From NCBI GenBank assembly GCA_041656855.1, contig JBBACS010000001.1, positions 3,454-67,453 of the forward strand: a stretch of DNA of 64,000 bases. Direction: 5' to 3'. A program made the position numbers and the translations under genes. Source of the DNA: Minisyncoccota bacterium. GTDB taxonomy: Bacteria > Patescibacteriota > Minisyncoccia > Phycocordibacterales > GWA1-40-21. Shown here piece by piece: positions 24,974 to 34,347 of this stretch (position 1 is its first letter; every line of letters begins with the position of its first letter). Under the pieces are notes generated by a model, which saw only the letters and a list, made by a program, of their open reading frames with translations, was not told the origin of the DNA and made no database searches.

Positions 24974-25021
24974 ACGTCGCGCTTAATGAACGGCTGCGCT
25001 TGACGTGATTTTGCAAAATCA
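24974..25021 (+). repeat. family C two-hairpin motif, copy C2; second hairpin abuts ATG 25022
   Basis: ACGTCGCGCTTAATGAACGGCTGCGCTTGACGTGATTTTGCAAAATCA-ATG. Confidence 0.8.
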
Positions 25022-28000
25022 ATGAAAAAAATATTTATATCACTCCTTTCTGTATTTGTTCTCGGTGCAGTTTTTTGTAATGTTGCATCTGCACAAACGG
25101 TAGAGTCTATATCATATACTGTGGCTACAGTAAATATATATAATTCAAAAATAGTCTCAAGTAATGACAGGAACTACAAAATATCTTTTGACTTATCAAA
25201 TGATAGCGGCGTCCAATCTCAGATACGATATTCTGTACAACTTACAAAAACAGTATCAAGTTCATCGGATGTAGTAGTAGATGAGAAAATATATGACCCA
25301 ATATTCTCTATAGACGAAAAAACAACTATTCCCCAATCTGTAGTTTATTCAATACCAAGTTCGCTAGGGAAGGGTGATTACAAACTTTGGGTTTATAGTA
25401 AAAACAATAACGGTCTTATTTTAGCTGCTGCCTATGTTGGTGAAATAAAACTTACCACTGATCTTCCAAATACAGTAGAAATAATTCCAGAGTCTTGTTA
25501 TGTCACAATAAAAAATAATGCTAATTCAAGCAAGTATTATCTTGGAGATTTGGCAAGTATTGTTTCAAAAGATAGTTTGGTAATGAATTGTTCTGTTTCT
25601 AACAGATATACATCAGATGTATCACTTGTACCTTTGTTTGAAACAAGAGTTCGTTCTATGTATGGAGAAACAGTGTCACAGATAGAAGGAACACAGGGGA
25701 CAATTACTATAAAAAAAGGTAAAAATAATATCGAAGTAGCTTTGCCAAAAGCTTTAGTCCCACAAACATACGTAAATGTTTTTTCTTTGGTATCAGATGA
25801 CAAAAAAATATCTACAAACAATATTATTACAACTTATTCTTTGGAAGGAGAAAGTGGTTCTATAATGAATGCGGTTTTTGACAAAACTTCATACAAAAAG
25901 GGAGAAATCGCTAATGTTAAGATATTCTCAATGCTTGAATTGAGCGGAAGTACTTCCACTGCATCAACCGCTTCAATATCTGTCTCGGTCACCAATCAAG
26001 AAAACAGACTTTGTTCAGAAGTAATTAAAAAAGATGCATCTACTGCGCCGGTGGTAGAAATACCTGTTCCTGTGATAGAAGATTGTGTAAATCCAAAAGC
26101 TAACATTATTCTTTCTTCCACAAATACAAACGGAGAAAATCTCGCTCTAGATACCCAAAGTTTTGATGTCACTACACCAAAGAAAGATATTCCTATTGAT
26201 TATAAACAAATTGCCATTGCTTCTGTTATATTTATTTTATTAATTATTATTTTAACAATTATATACAGGAGGAAAAATGTTTCTGTAATAAAAGTTCTTG
26301 CACTATTTATCATTTGTGCCGGATTTATGCTAGGTATGACAAATAAGGCGGAAGCTTTAACGGAGTACATAAAATATCAGACGTCTAATAAATCCGACGA
26401 TAATTGTTATTATAATATGGCTGATTGTTACATGAATTTTACTTATAATTTAAATAAAGCTAGCACAGATTTTTATTTACCTGGTGAATCTATTATTGTT
26501 ACAGGTATAGTGGGGGGAGGTAAAGCGGATACCCCATCCTTGAATCCAGCCGGACGTCAATACCATACTGTGTACATGAAGGATTTAAAAATAGATAGTT
26601 CAAGTGATCAAAGAATATTAGTGCAAAGTGATGTCCAGGGGCCTTGGGATAAGTGTTCCGATAATTGGAACAGATCCTTTCCAAACAAAACAGGTACACA
26701 AACTTTCACAGCACCTTCTACTCCGGGGGTTCATAATATGAATGTTACATATTATAATAATTTTAGTTGGTTATCTTATGGATTGTTTTGTATAACGGGA
26801 CAAACCCAAAATTCTACTAATATCTTTGCTACAAGATCTTTGCCTTTTACAGTTAAAGATATTATTACTCCCACTTATTCATTAGATTTTCATCTTTCTA
26901 AGGACCCTTCTTATATTGGTGAAGTAGAAGGAAATACTGTGACCGTTTCTTTGTATACAACAAATGTTAGTAATGGAACTTTAGTTCCTTATACTATTAC
27001 TGGTGTGAGCCAAGCTGATATCGGAGTACCTCTCTCTGGACATTTTACCGCTGTTACCAACAATTATTATTCAGAACTACAAATACCAATTCTTACAGAT
27101 AATATAACTGAGGGCCAAGAGAAACTTGTTTTGTCAGTAGGAAATACTCAAGGAGGTTTCACTATTCTTGATAAGATTGTTGTTTCTGCCGATATATCAG
27201 CAAATCCGAACCCTGTTTTGGCAGGTAGTTCATCAACTATTTCTTGGACTTCAACAGGATTTGATTCCTGTACCATGACAAATGAGAATACTGGTTCTTT
27301 ATTAAATAATTTATCTTGGACTTCAATTCCAAACGCAGTTGGTTATGTATCAAAGGCGATAACTTATGGAAATGGTTTATTTGTTGCTGTGGAGGATAAT
27401 CACTATATAAATCCAATTCGAGGGGCAATTATGACTTCTCCTGACGGTCTAACGTGGACAGCACGTACCTCACCAACAACAAATGTTTTGTATTCTGTTG
27501 CTTATGGTAATGGAAGATTTGTTGCAGTTGGAGTCGGTAATAAAATTATTACATCTACAAATGGAATAGACTGGGTGGCAACCCCTGGTCCAATTGAACA
27601 AACCTCAACAACATGGGTATCCGTAACATATGGTCCACTTTTGTGGGTAGCTATTGGTGGTGCGGGTCAATCAATGACTTCTAGTGATGGATTAACTTGG
27701 AAATCACAGGGGAATGGAATGCGTTATGGACTGGAAGCAGTTATCTATGGCGCAGGATTTGTTGCTGTGGGAGAAGGGGGGGTACAAACTTCACTCAACG
27801 GTCTTAATTGGACTACTCAAACTCCAGCTGTTTCAGCACATTGGAATTCGGTAGCCTATAGCCCAACTGGAACCGTACGATATGTTGCTGTTTCCTATGG
27901 CGGTAAGATAATGACAGCCCCTGTTAGTGGAAATGTTTGGACACTAAGAAACACTCCAGTTACTTTTGATCCTAGTGATCTCGGTACTAATTATTTGAGT

Positions 28001-28837
28001 TCGGTTATTTATGCCGGTGGCAAATTTATTGCTTCTGGGCAAATCTCATCTGGCGATAGTATAACTTTGGTTTCAACAGATGGTATAAATTGGTCAAATT
28101 TTCCGGGTTTAACACCAGATCACTGTTTTAATCAACTCGCTTACGGAAATAATTCAATTGTTGGTGTTGGATGTAATACATTAACTACAGGAGTAGCTAC
28201 CACTAAATTTGGCTCAATTTCTTCAGGTAATCTCACCATCCCTACCACATTTTCTATTCACTGTACGAATAGTACAGGCGGGGTTCGAGATGATTCCGTA
28301 GAGGTTGGAATTTCTGGACCAGAATCACCTATTATTGGTTCAGAAGGTCGCACTATTGCTACTACAACTGAGGGAAATGAGATTGCCTGGACAGCTCTAC
28401 CAGATGATAAATGTACTTTATCAAAAAATGACGGTGCTTCAATAGACTTGCCTGGAGCTGCTGGTGGAACAATAGATGTGTTAGATACAGAAAGAGCAAC
28501 TGGTATGAAATATGACATGGTATGTATGAATGATTCTATTCCTTACGGGGTACAATTGATTGTACCTGGAATCTGCGCCCATTCTCAAGGAGGAGATACT
28601 GCTAATGTTTATGTAAATAGAAACACTATATGGACAAACTTGGGAATGTCAGGAAGTACTGTGTGGAGTGGTACAAATATAGCAGGCACCCCAAATGTAA
28701 ATCCATTAAATAAAATCTATACAACGGTGGGCCCAAAATCTATTCATGCTGAAACTACTGTTGGTGGAAAAGTTGTTTCAAGATGTGATGCCAATTTTAC
28801 TGTAAAGTTGGATAAGGGAACGAATACGGAGATATAA
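25022..28837 (+). CDS. giant surface protein (Ig-like N-terminal part, internal TM, C-terminal propeller-like repeats)
   Basis: Signal peptide; TM at about aa 395-415 followed by a second signal-peptide-like segment; repeats AYGNG.FVAVG / W..; single continuous ORF. Confidence 0.7.
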   Translation: MKKIFISLLSVFVLGAVFCNVASAQTVESISYTVATVNIYNSKIVSSNDRNYKISFDLSNDSGVQSQIRYSVQLTKTVSSSSDVVVDEKIYDPIFSIDEKTTIPQSVVYSIPSSLGKGDYKLWVYSKNNNGLILAAAYVGEIKLTTDLPNTVEIIPESCYVTIKNNANSSKYYLGDLASIVSKDSLVMNCSVSNRYTSDVSLVPLFETRVRSMYGETVSQIEGTQGTITIKKGKNNIEVALPKALVPQTYVNVFSLVSDDKKISTNNIITTYSLEGESGSIMNAVFDKTSYKKGEIANVKIFSMLELSGSTSTASTASISVSVTNQENRLCSEVIKKDASTAPVVEIPVPVIEDCVNPKANIILSSTNTNGENLALDTQSFDVTTPKKDIPIDYKQIAIASVIFILLIIILTIIYRRKNVSVIKVLALFIICAGFMLGMTNKAEALTEYIKYQTSNKSDDNCYYNMADCYMNFTYNLNKASTDFYLPGESIIVTGIVGGGKADTPSLNPAGRQYHTVYMKDLKIDSSSDQRILVQSDVQGPWDKCSDNWNRSFPNKTGTQTFTAPSTPGVHNMNVTYYNNFSWLSYGLFCITGQTQNSTNIFATRSLPFTVKDIITPTYSLDFHLSKDPSYIGEVEGNTVTVSLYTTNVSNGTLVPYTITGVSQADIGVPLSGHFTAVTNNYYSELQIPILTDNITEGQEKLVLSVGNTQGGFTILDKIVVSADISANPNPVLAGSSSTISWTSTGFDSCTMTNENTGSLLNNLSWTSIPNAVGYVSKAITYGNGLFVAVEDNHYINPIRGAIMTSPDGLTWTARTSPTTNVLYSVAYGNGRFVAVGVGNKIITSTNGIDWVATPGPIEQTSTTWVSVTYGPLLWVAIGGAGQSMTSSDGLTWKSQGNGMRYGLEAVIYGAGFVAVGEGGVQTSLNGLNWTTQTPAVSAHWNSVAYSPTGTVRYVAVSYGGKIMTAPVSGNVWTLRNTPVTFDPSDLGTNYLSSVIYAGGKFIASGQISSGDSITLVSTDGINWSNFPGLTPDHCFNQLAYGNNSIVGVGCNTLTTGVATTKFGSISSGNLTIPTTFSIHCTNSTGGVRDDSVEVGISGPESPIIGSEGRTIATTTEGNEIAWTALPDDKCTLSKNDGASIDLPGAAGGTIDVLDTERATGMKYDMVCMNDSIPYGVQLIVPGICAHSQGGDTANVYVNRNTIWTNLGMSGSTVWSGTNIAGTPNVNPLNKIYTTVGPKSIHAETTVGGKVVSRCDANFTVKLDKGTNTEI

Positions 28838-28890
28838 GAAACAGTATTTAGAATATAGTATATAGTATGTAGAAAATACTAAAACAAAAA

Positions 28891-28913
28891 GCGGGGCGAC
28901 TTCGTCGCCCCGC
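28891..28913 (+). terminator. intrinsic terminator
   Basis: GCGGGGCGAC-TTC-GTCGCCCCGC then TTTTT. Confidence 0.85.
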
Positions 28914-28948
28914 TTTTTGTTGTTTGGTTTTTTTGTATAAAAAAGATA

Positions 28949-29181
28949 TTCACCCGTTAAAGTTTTTACTAACGCATTATGCACGATACACCTGTTTTTA
29001 TAGTGTTTATTTTAATTTATATACCATTTTTATATATAAAACGAAACCGACTTATCGCATAATGCAAAAAAGTTATTTTTAGGTTAAAATATAGAGTAGT
29101 TATATGAATATGGTCTCTTCAAAAAATAGTATACAAAAAGTCGCCCATAACTTTTTTATTAGTAAAAATTTTCTCGGGTAA
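28949..29181 (+). repeat. family A palindromic element copy A3 (233 nt); 3' arm abuts pilB ATG
   Basis: TTCACCCGTTAAAGTTTTTACTAA ... TTAGTAAAAATTTTCTCGGGTAA-ATG; inner hairpin CGCATTATGC/GCATAATGCG-like. Confidence 0.85.
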
Positions 29182-30948
29182 ATGATATTAGAAAGCAAAC
29201 AGCTCAAAGATTTTTTAATAGATACAGGTCTTGTAACTAAGACCGAGTATGATGATATAGAAAATTTTATAAAAAAAGGCAAAAAAAAAGATTCTCCTGA
29301 AAAAGTTTTGGTAAGTCAAGGAAAAATTTCTGAAGATGATTTGCGCAGAGCACAAGCTTATGTGTTTGGTATACCTTTTGTAGATTTAAGAAATCAGAAA
29401 ATTGATTTTGCTGTTTTATCTCTAATTCCTGAACCTCTCGCTCGTAAAAACAATATAATTGCATTTAAGAAAAATGCCGATTCTCTTGAAGTTGCGATGC
29501 TAGATATTAATGATTTGCCGGCTATTGAATTTATAAAAAAGAAAGTTGGATTAAAAATTTTACCAAGGCTTACTGATTCAGTATCTATAAAAGGAGCTAT
29601 GCTTCAATATCAAAAAAGTTTGAAAGCAGAGTTTGGTGATTTGATACAAAAAGACGTCCAAGCTCTTAAAAATTCTGGCCATCTAGAAATAGGAATAAAA
29701 GATGAGACAATAGAGGAGTCATTGAAGAAAATGGCAGAAGACCTTCCAGTTGTTCGTATTGTGGAAACACTTCTTAAACATGCTGCATTACAAAATGCTT
29801 CTGATATTCACATAGAGGTTATGGAAAATGACGTACTCATTAGATATAGAATTGATGGAATCCTACATGATGCCATGGTTCTACCAAAAAATGCGGCAAC
29901 AAGCATTACCGCTAGAATAAAAGTTCTTTCAAATCTAAAGCTTGATGAAAAAAGATTGCCTCAAGATGGAAGATTCAAGATTGATATAAATGGAGAAAAG
30001 GTTTCATTTAGAGTTTCTGTCATTCCTACATATTTTGGGGAGAAAACCGTCATGAGATTGCTTCGAGAAAATGTTGGATCATATTCTTTGGAATCTATGG
30101 GTTTCCACGGGACAAATTTAGAAAGAATTCACGAGGCGATTAAAAAGGCAAATGGAATGATTCTCACAACTGGTCCTACGGGTTCTGGTAAAACAACAAC
30201 TCTTTATACAATTTTGGAATTATTAAATTCTGCTGATGTAAATATCGCCACCATTGAAGACCCTATTGAATATCAGGTAGCTAGAATAAATCAAACCCAA
30301 GTAAAGCCCGAAATTGGTTTCACTTTTGCAAATGGTCTGCGTTCTTTAGTCAGGCAGGATCCAGATATAATAATGGTAGGAGAAATTAGAGATAATGAAA
30401 CAGCATCTCTAGCGGTTAACGCAGCTCTTACAGGGCACATGGTGCTTTCAACTTTGCACACAAATTCTTCTGCGGGTGCTATTCCAAGACTTATGGATAT
30501 GAAAATAGAGCCGTTTCTTCTTGTTTCTACTATTAATATTATTTTGGCCCAGAGACTTATTAGAAAACTTACAAAAGAAAAAGAAAAATATCTTTTATCT
30601 AAAGCGGAATTATTATCCTTGGGGAGAATTGTAGATTTAAATAAAGTTTTAGAGACATTGAAAGCAGAAAATATAGTAGGAAAAGATGATACTTGGGAAA
30701 ATATTTATTTTTATAAAGCGAAAGAATCTATAGAATCAAAAGATGGTTATTCAAGCAGAATTGGTATTCACGAAATACTTAAGATGACCCCATCAATAAG
30801 AGACCTTGTCATGAAAGGCTCTACATCACAAGAGATAGAAGCACAGGCAAAAAAAGAAGGTATGCTGTCTATGATTGAAGATGGAATATTTAAATGTGTT
30901 ACAGGCATGACAACAATAGAAGAAGTGTTAAGGGTTGTTTCAGAATAA
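29182..30948 (+). CDS. pilB: type IV pilus assembly ATPase PilB/GspE family, paralogue 2
   Basis: T2SSE N-domain, Walker A GPTGSGKTT, DPDIIMVGEIRD, GHMVLSTLHTN; no tetracysteine motif. Confidence 0.9.
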   Translation: MILESKQLKDFLIDTGLVTKTEYDDIENFIKKGKKKDSPEKVLVSQGKISEDDLRRAQAYVFGIPFVDLRNQKIDFAVLSLIPEPLARKNNIIAFKKNADSLEVAMLDINDLPAIEFIKKKVGLKILPRLTDSVSIKGAMLQYQKSLKAEFGDLIQKDVQALKNSGHLEIGIKDETIEESLKKMAEDLPVVRIVETLLKHAALQNASDIHIEVMENDVLIRYRIDGILHDAMVLPKNAATSITARIKVLSNLKLDEKRLPQDGRFKIDINGEKVSFRVSVIPTYFGEKTVMRLLRENVGSYSLESMGFHGTNLERIHEAIKKANGMILTTGPTGSGKTTTLYTILELLNSADVNIATIEDPIEYQVARINQTQVKPEIGFTFANGLRSLVRQDPDIIMVGEIRDNETASLAVNAALTGHMVLSTLHTNSSAGAIPRLMDMKIEPFLLVSTINIILAQRLIRKLTKEKEKYLLSKAELLSLGRIVDLNKVLETLKAENIVGKDDTWENIYFYKAKESIESKDGYSSRIGIHEILKMTPSIRDLVMKGSTSQEIEAQAKKEGMLSMIEDGIFKCVTGMTTIEEVLRVVSE

Positions 30949-31463
30949 CATACGAATAATACACGAATGATACGAATGGATTACGAATAATCTTAATTTT
31001 TAGATGCAAAATAAAAAAGTTGGAGAAAAAGTTATATTTCCAGAATTATCTTATATTGTTAATGGTATTTTATTCTCTGTGCACAATGAGCTTGGTAGAT
31101 TTGCTAGAGAAAAACAGTACAGTGATCTTTTAGAAGGTAAATTAAAAGAAATTAAGTTGCCATATAAACGGGAATTATCTGTATCAGATTCAGGTAATAT
31201 AATAGATTTTATTATTGACAACAAAATTGTAATAGAAATTAAAGCTATCAGATTTCTGACAAAAGATTCTTATAGACAGATACAAAATTATTTGCAACAA
31301 ACAGGTTTTAAACTTGGTTTTCTCGTTAATTTTAGAAGTGAATTTCTGAAAATAGTTAGGATTATTAATATAAGTGAATAGTTTTTATTTGGGTGTTTGT
31401 AGTGTATAATTTGTTGTATTATTCGTAATCATTCGTAATATTCGCATAACATTCGCATCGTAT
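30949..31463 (+). mobile_element. candidate inserted cassette: GxxExxY gene bracketed by inverted arrays of ACGAAT-containing units
   Basis: 30949-30992 has 4x ACGAAT; 31418-31463 has 4x ATTCG (reverse complement); sits between pilB and pilC. Confidence 0.45.
31004..31381 (+). CDS. GxxExxY family protein (PD-(D/E)xK nuclease-like fold)
   Basis: 125 aa; ...FAREKQYSDLLEGKL..., IDFIIDNKIVIEIKA, QIQNYLQQTGFKLGFLVNF match the family pattern as I recall it. Confidence 0.7.
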   Translation: MQNKKVGEKVIFPELSYIVNGILFSVHNELGRFAREKQYSDLLEGKLKEIKLPYKRELSVSDSGNIIDFIIDNKIVIEIKAIRFLTKDSYRQIQNYLQQTGFKLGFLVNFRSEFLKIVRIINISE

Positions 31464-32669
31464 ATGAAGTTTAAATTTAAAGCAATAAAAAAGAATGGTG
31501 ATAAATATATTGGGACAAAAGAATCCAATGATAAATTTTCTTTATATGAAGAGCTGAAATCTGAAGGCAATACACTAATCTCCGCTTCTGAAATAACAAA
31601 GTCAAGATTTGAAATCGATCTTCCTTTTATAAATTCTGTTCCAGAACATCAAAAAATAATTTTTGCTAAAAATTTGGGCTTAATGATAAAAGCGGGTCTT
31701 CCACTCGCTAAAGGATTGGACATTTTAGAAAAACAGATTACTAATAAAAGATTTAAAAAAATCATTGAATTATTACAGGCGGAAATTAGGAAAGGTAATC
31801 CTCTGAGTGAAGCCTGCTCTGCATATCCAGAAGTTTTTCCAAAATTATTTGTATCTATGGTCAGGGCTGGAGAAGAATCTGGTAAACTTTCTGAATCATT
31901 ACAGATTGTTGCAAATCAAATGGATGGAAGTTACAAACTTAAGGAAAAAATAAAGGGTGCGATGGTATATCCTGGAGTTATTGTTTCTATCATGATTATT
32001 ATAGGTGTACTTATGCTAGTCTATGTTGTTCCTGGCATTACAGCCACTTTCAAAGATTTAAAAGTAGAGTTGCCGTTACTTACTAGAATTTTAATCAATA
32101 CAAGTGATTTCTTAAAAAATAATATTCTTTTGTGTTTATTTGCGGTTATTTTAATTATTATTTCTTTTTATTTCTTTATTCGTTCAAAACCGGGTAAAAG
32201 AGTTTTTGATTTGGTCGTTTTAAAACTTCCTGTTATCGGCGATCTTGTAAGAGAAACAAATTCTGCCAGGATTACAAGGACAATCTCCTCACTTTTGTCT
32301 TCAGGAGTTGCTTATGCAGAAGCTATATCTATTACCAGAGATGTCGTTCAAAATGAATATTTTAAAGATGTCTTAACTACTGCAATAAGTACTGTAGAAA
32401 AAGGAGGAACTATATCTAGTGTATTTATGAAAAATGTAAAATTATGCCCTATATTTGTAACCGAAATGATGGTAGTAGGAGAGGAAACAGGAAGTCTCCC
32501 TTCTACGCTTATGGAAGTGGCCACTTTTTATGAGGAATCTATTGATCAAAAGACAAAAAATATGTCCACAATAATTGAGCCGGTGCTTATGGTAATCATT
32601 GGAGTTGCTGTAGGATTTTTTGCACTGGCTATGATTAAGCCGATTTATTCTTTAATGGATTCAATATAG
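31464..32669 (+). CDS. pilC: type IV pilus platform protein PilC/GspF family
   Basis: 401 aa, two T2SSF repeats, three TM helices. Confidence 0.85.
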   Translation: MKFKFKAIKKNGDKYIGTKESNDKFSLYEELKSEGNTLISASEITKSRFEIDLPFINSVPEHQKIIFAKNLGLMIKAGLPLAKGLDILEKQITNKRFKKIIELLQAEIRKGNPLSEACSAYPEVFPKLFVSMVRAGEESGKLSESLQIVANQMDGSYKLKEKIKGAMVYPGVIVSIMIIIGVLMLVYVVPGITATFKDLKVELPLLTRILINTSDFLKNNILLCLFAVILIIISFYFFIRSKPGKRVFDLVVLKLPVIGDLVRETNSARITRTISSLLSSGVAYAEAISITRDVVQNEYFKDVLTTAISTVEKGGTISSVFMKNVKLCPIFVTEMMVVGEETGSLPSTLMEVATFYEESIDQKTKNMSTIIEPVLMVIIGVAVGFFALAMIKPIYSLMDSI

Positions 32670-32704
32670 AAAATTCAAAATATAAAATTAAATTAATCTA
32701 TAAA

Positions 32705-33169
32705 ATGTGGAGGAACTCAAAAAAACAAACTTACAATCAAGGATTTTCTATTTTAGAATTGGTAATTGTCTTAGCAGTAATTTCTATATTAGTTTCAATG
32801 ATTGTTCCATCTTTCGGCAAAGTCGGAGGCAGTGAAGCTTTGGATACAACAACCGTGTCTATAATTGCTGTTTTGAATGAAGCAAAGTCACAGGCGGTTT
32901 CTTCTCAAAATGCTACATCATCTGGCGTTAGGATTTTTAATAACAAATTAGTTTCCTTCAAAGGTAATTATGGAAATTTAAATAAAGAGACTAGTTTATC
33001 AAATCTTATAGGTATCAGTACTTCAACCGGGTTAGGAGCTGATATAATTTTTTCAAATGTGACTGGTGAATCAAACGCTAGTGGCACGATTACTATTACT
33101 GTTTTGAGAGAACCAACAAAAACTAATACGATAAGAATATATTCTACAGGAGTAATAGAAAAAAATTAA
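32705..33169 (+). CDS. prepilin-type N-terminal cleavage/methylation domain protein (pilin)
   Basis: NQG-FSILELVIVLAVISIL: Gly-1, Phe+1, Glu+5. Confidence 0.85.
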   Translation: MWRNSKKQTYNQGFSILELVIVLAVISILVSMIVPSFGKVGGSEALDTTTVSIIAVLNEAKSQAVSSQNATSSGVRIFNNKLVSFKGNYGNLNKETSLSNLIGISTSTGLGADIIFSNVTGESNASGTITITVLREPTKTNTIRIYSTGVIEKN

Positions 33170-33171
33170 TC

Positions 33172-33217
33172 TCGTCGCGCTTAAATGACGGTTGCGCGAC
33201 GTGATTTCGCAAAATCA
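33172..33217 (+). repeat. family C two-hairpin motif, copy C3
   Basis: TCGTCGCGCTTAAATGACGGTTGCGCGACGTGATTTCGCAAAATCA; perfect 8-bp stem CGTCGCGC/GCGCGACG. Confidence 0.85.
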
Positions 33218-33223
33218 ACCTGT

Positions 33224-33324
33224 CCCGTGTGAAATTCATCGGATGTAATATAAAGTTTCGTAAGAATAAGAATAAAAAATATAAAATGTTAAAAAGTATC
33301 AATAATTTAAAATTTCTTTGCGGG
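33224..33324 (+). repeat. leader inverted repeat (family A' subtype, 101 nt); 3' arm abuts ATG 33325
   Basis: CCCGTGTGAAATTC ... AAAATTTCTTTGCGGG-ATG; near-identical arms at 45892-45991 (minus). Confidence 0.8.
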
Positions 33325-33822
33325 ATGAAAATCAATTTTAAAAAAGGTTCAGGACTGGTTGAGATTCTTGTTGCCGTTTTTGTATTTTCTATAGTTTTGG
33401 GTTCACTCATTACAGCTAGCAGCATGTATCTTTCAGGAGCTTCAGATAATCTAAAATCTGCTAAAGGCGCATATCTTGCACAGGAGGGGATAGAAGCTGT
33501 AAAAATAATACGAGACAGAAGCTGGACTAATATAAGCAGTCTTTCAACTAGCACGGATTATTATTTATATTGGAATACGTCTTCATCTACCAATAATACC
33601 TGGTCAACAACCACAACAGTTTCTGTTATTGATAATATTTTTTTTAGAACATTTAAAGTATATCCAGTTTATAGAAATTCAGATGGAGATTCTACAACAA
33701 CTCCAACTGTAAATTTTAATTTAGATAATCATACTAAAAAGGTCACAGTATCAGTTTCTTGGAAGTCAAAAACAGCAACTACAACAAAAAAATTATCAAC
33801 ATATATTGCTGACATTATTTAA
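33325..33822 (+). CDS. prepilin-type pseudopilin (listed ORF starts at GTG 33229; ATG 33325 preferred)
   Basis: MKINFKKG-SGLVEILVAVFVFSIVLG (Glu+5); the start is supported by the leader element ending at 33324. Confidence 0.75.
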   Translation: MKINFKKGSGLVEILVAVFVFSIVLGSLITASSMYLSGASDNLKSAKGAYLAQEGIEAVKIIRDRSWTNISSLSTSTDYYLYWNTSSSTNNTWSTTTTVSVIDNIFFRTFKVYPVYRNSDGDSTTTPTVNFNLDNHTKKVTVSVSWKSKTATTTKKLSTYIADII

Positions 33823-34341
33823 ATGAATAATAAAATTATAAAACAGAATAATAATTTAGGTTTTACCCTCGTTGAGATGATGATATACGTGGCTCTTATG
33901 ACAATTATTACTCTTGTTGTAGTTCAGTCATTAATCGTCGTTTTAAAATCAAACAGAACTTCTTTTGCTGAAATAAATCTTAGAAATGCTGGATATTCTG
34001 CAATGGAGAGTATGCTTAGAGAAATATATGCATCAGATAGTATAACTACAGCTTCTGGCATACTGCAGATGAATCAAGGAACAAACATAGTTAAGTTTGC
34101 CACATCAACTTTATCTTCTGCTAGCACAACCTTATATTTTTATGAAGGAGTTGGAACTCCAGTTCCAACAATAGGCCCGCTTACTTCTAAAAGTGTTTTA
34201 GTAAAAAGTTTAACTTTTACAAAAATCAGTACAGGAAAGTCATATGCAGTAAAAATTCAAATGGGATTAGAAACTACTGTGAATGGGATAACAAAAAGCG
34301 AGACATTCCAATCAACAGCAATATTAAGAGGTTCTTATTAA
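33823..34341 (+). CDS. prepilin-type pseudopilin
   Basis: NLG-FTLVEMMIYVALMTII, canonical G/F...E motif. Confidence 0.8.
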   Translation: MNNKIIKQNNNLGFTLVEMMIYVALMTIITLVVVQSLIVVLKSNRTSFAEINLRNAGYSAMESMLREIYASDSITTASGILQMNQGTNIVKFATSTLSSASTTLYFYEGVGTPVPTIGPLTSKSVLVKSLTFTKISTGKSYAVKIQMGLETTVNGITKSETFQSTAILRGSY

Positions 34342-34347
34342 AACAAA

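Noticed and set aside
33144-33554. 136-aa minus-strand ORF spanning the pilin intergenic region
   Set aside because: It crosses the family C and A' repeat modules and the 5' end of a prepilin gene with a canonical signal. It has no expression signals.
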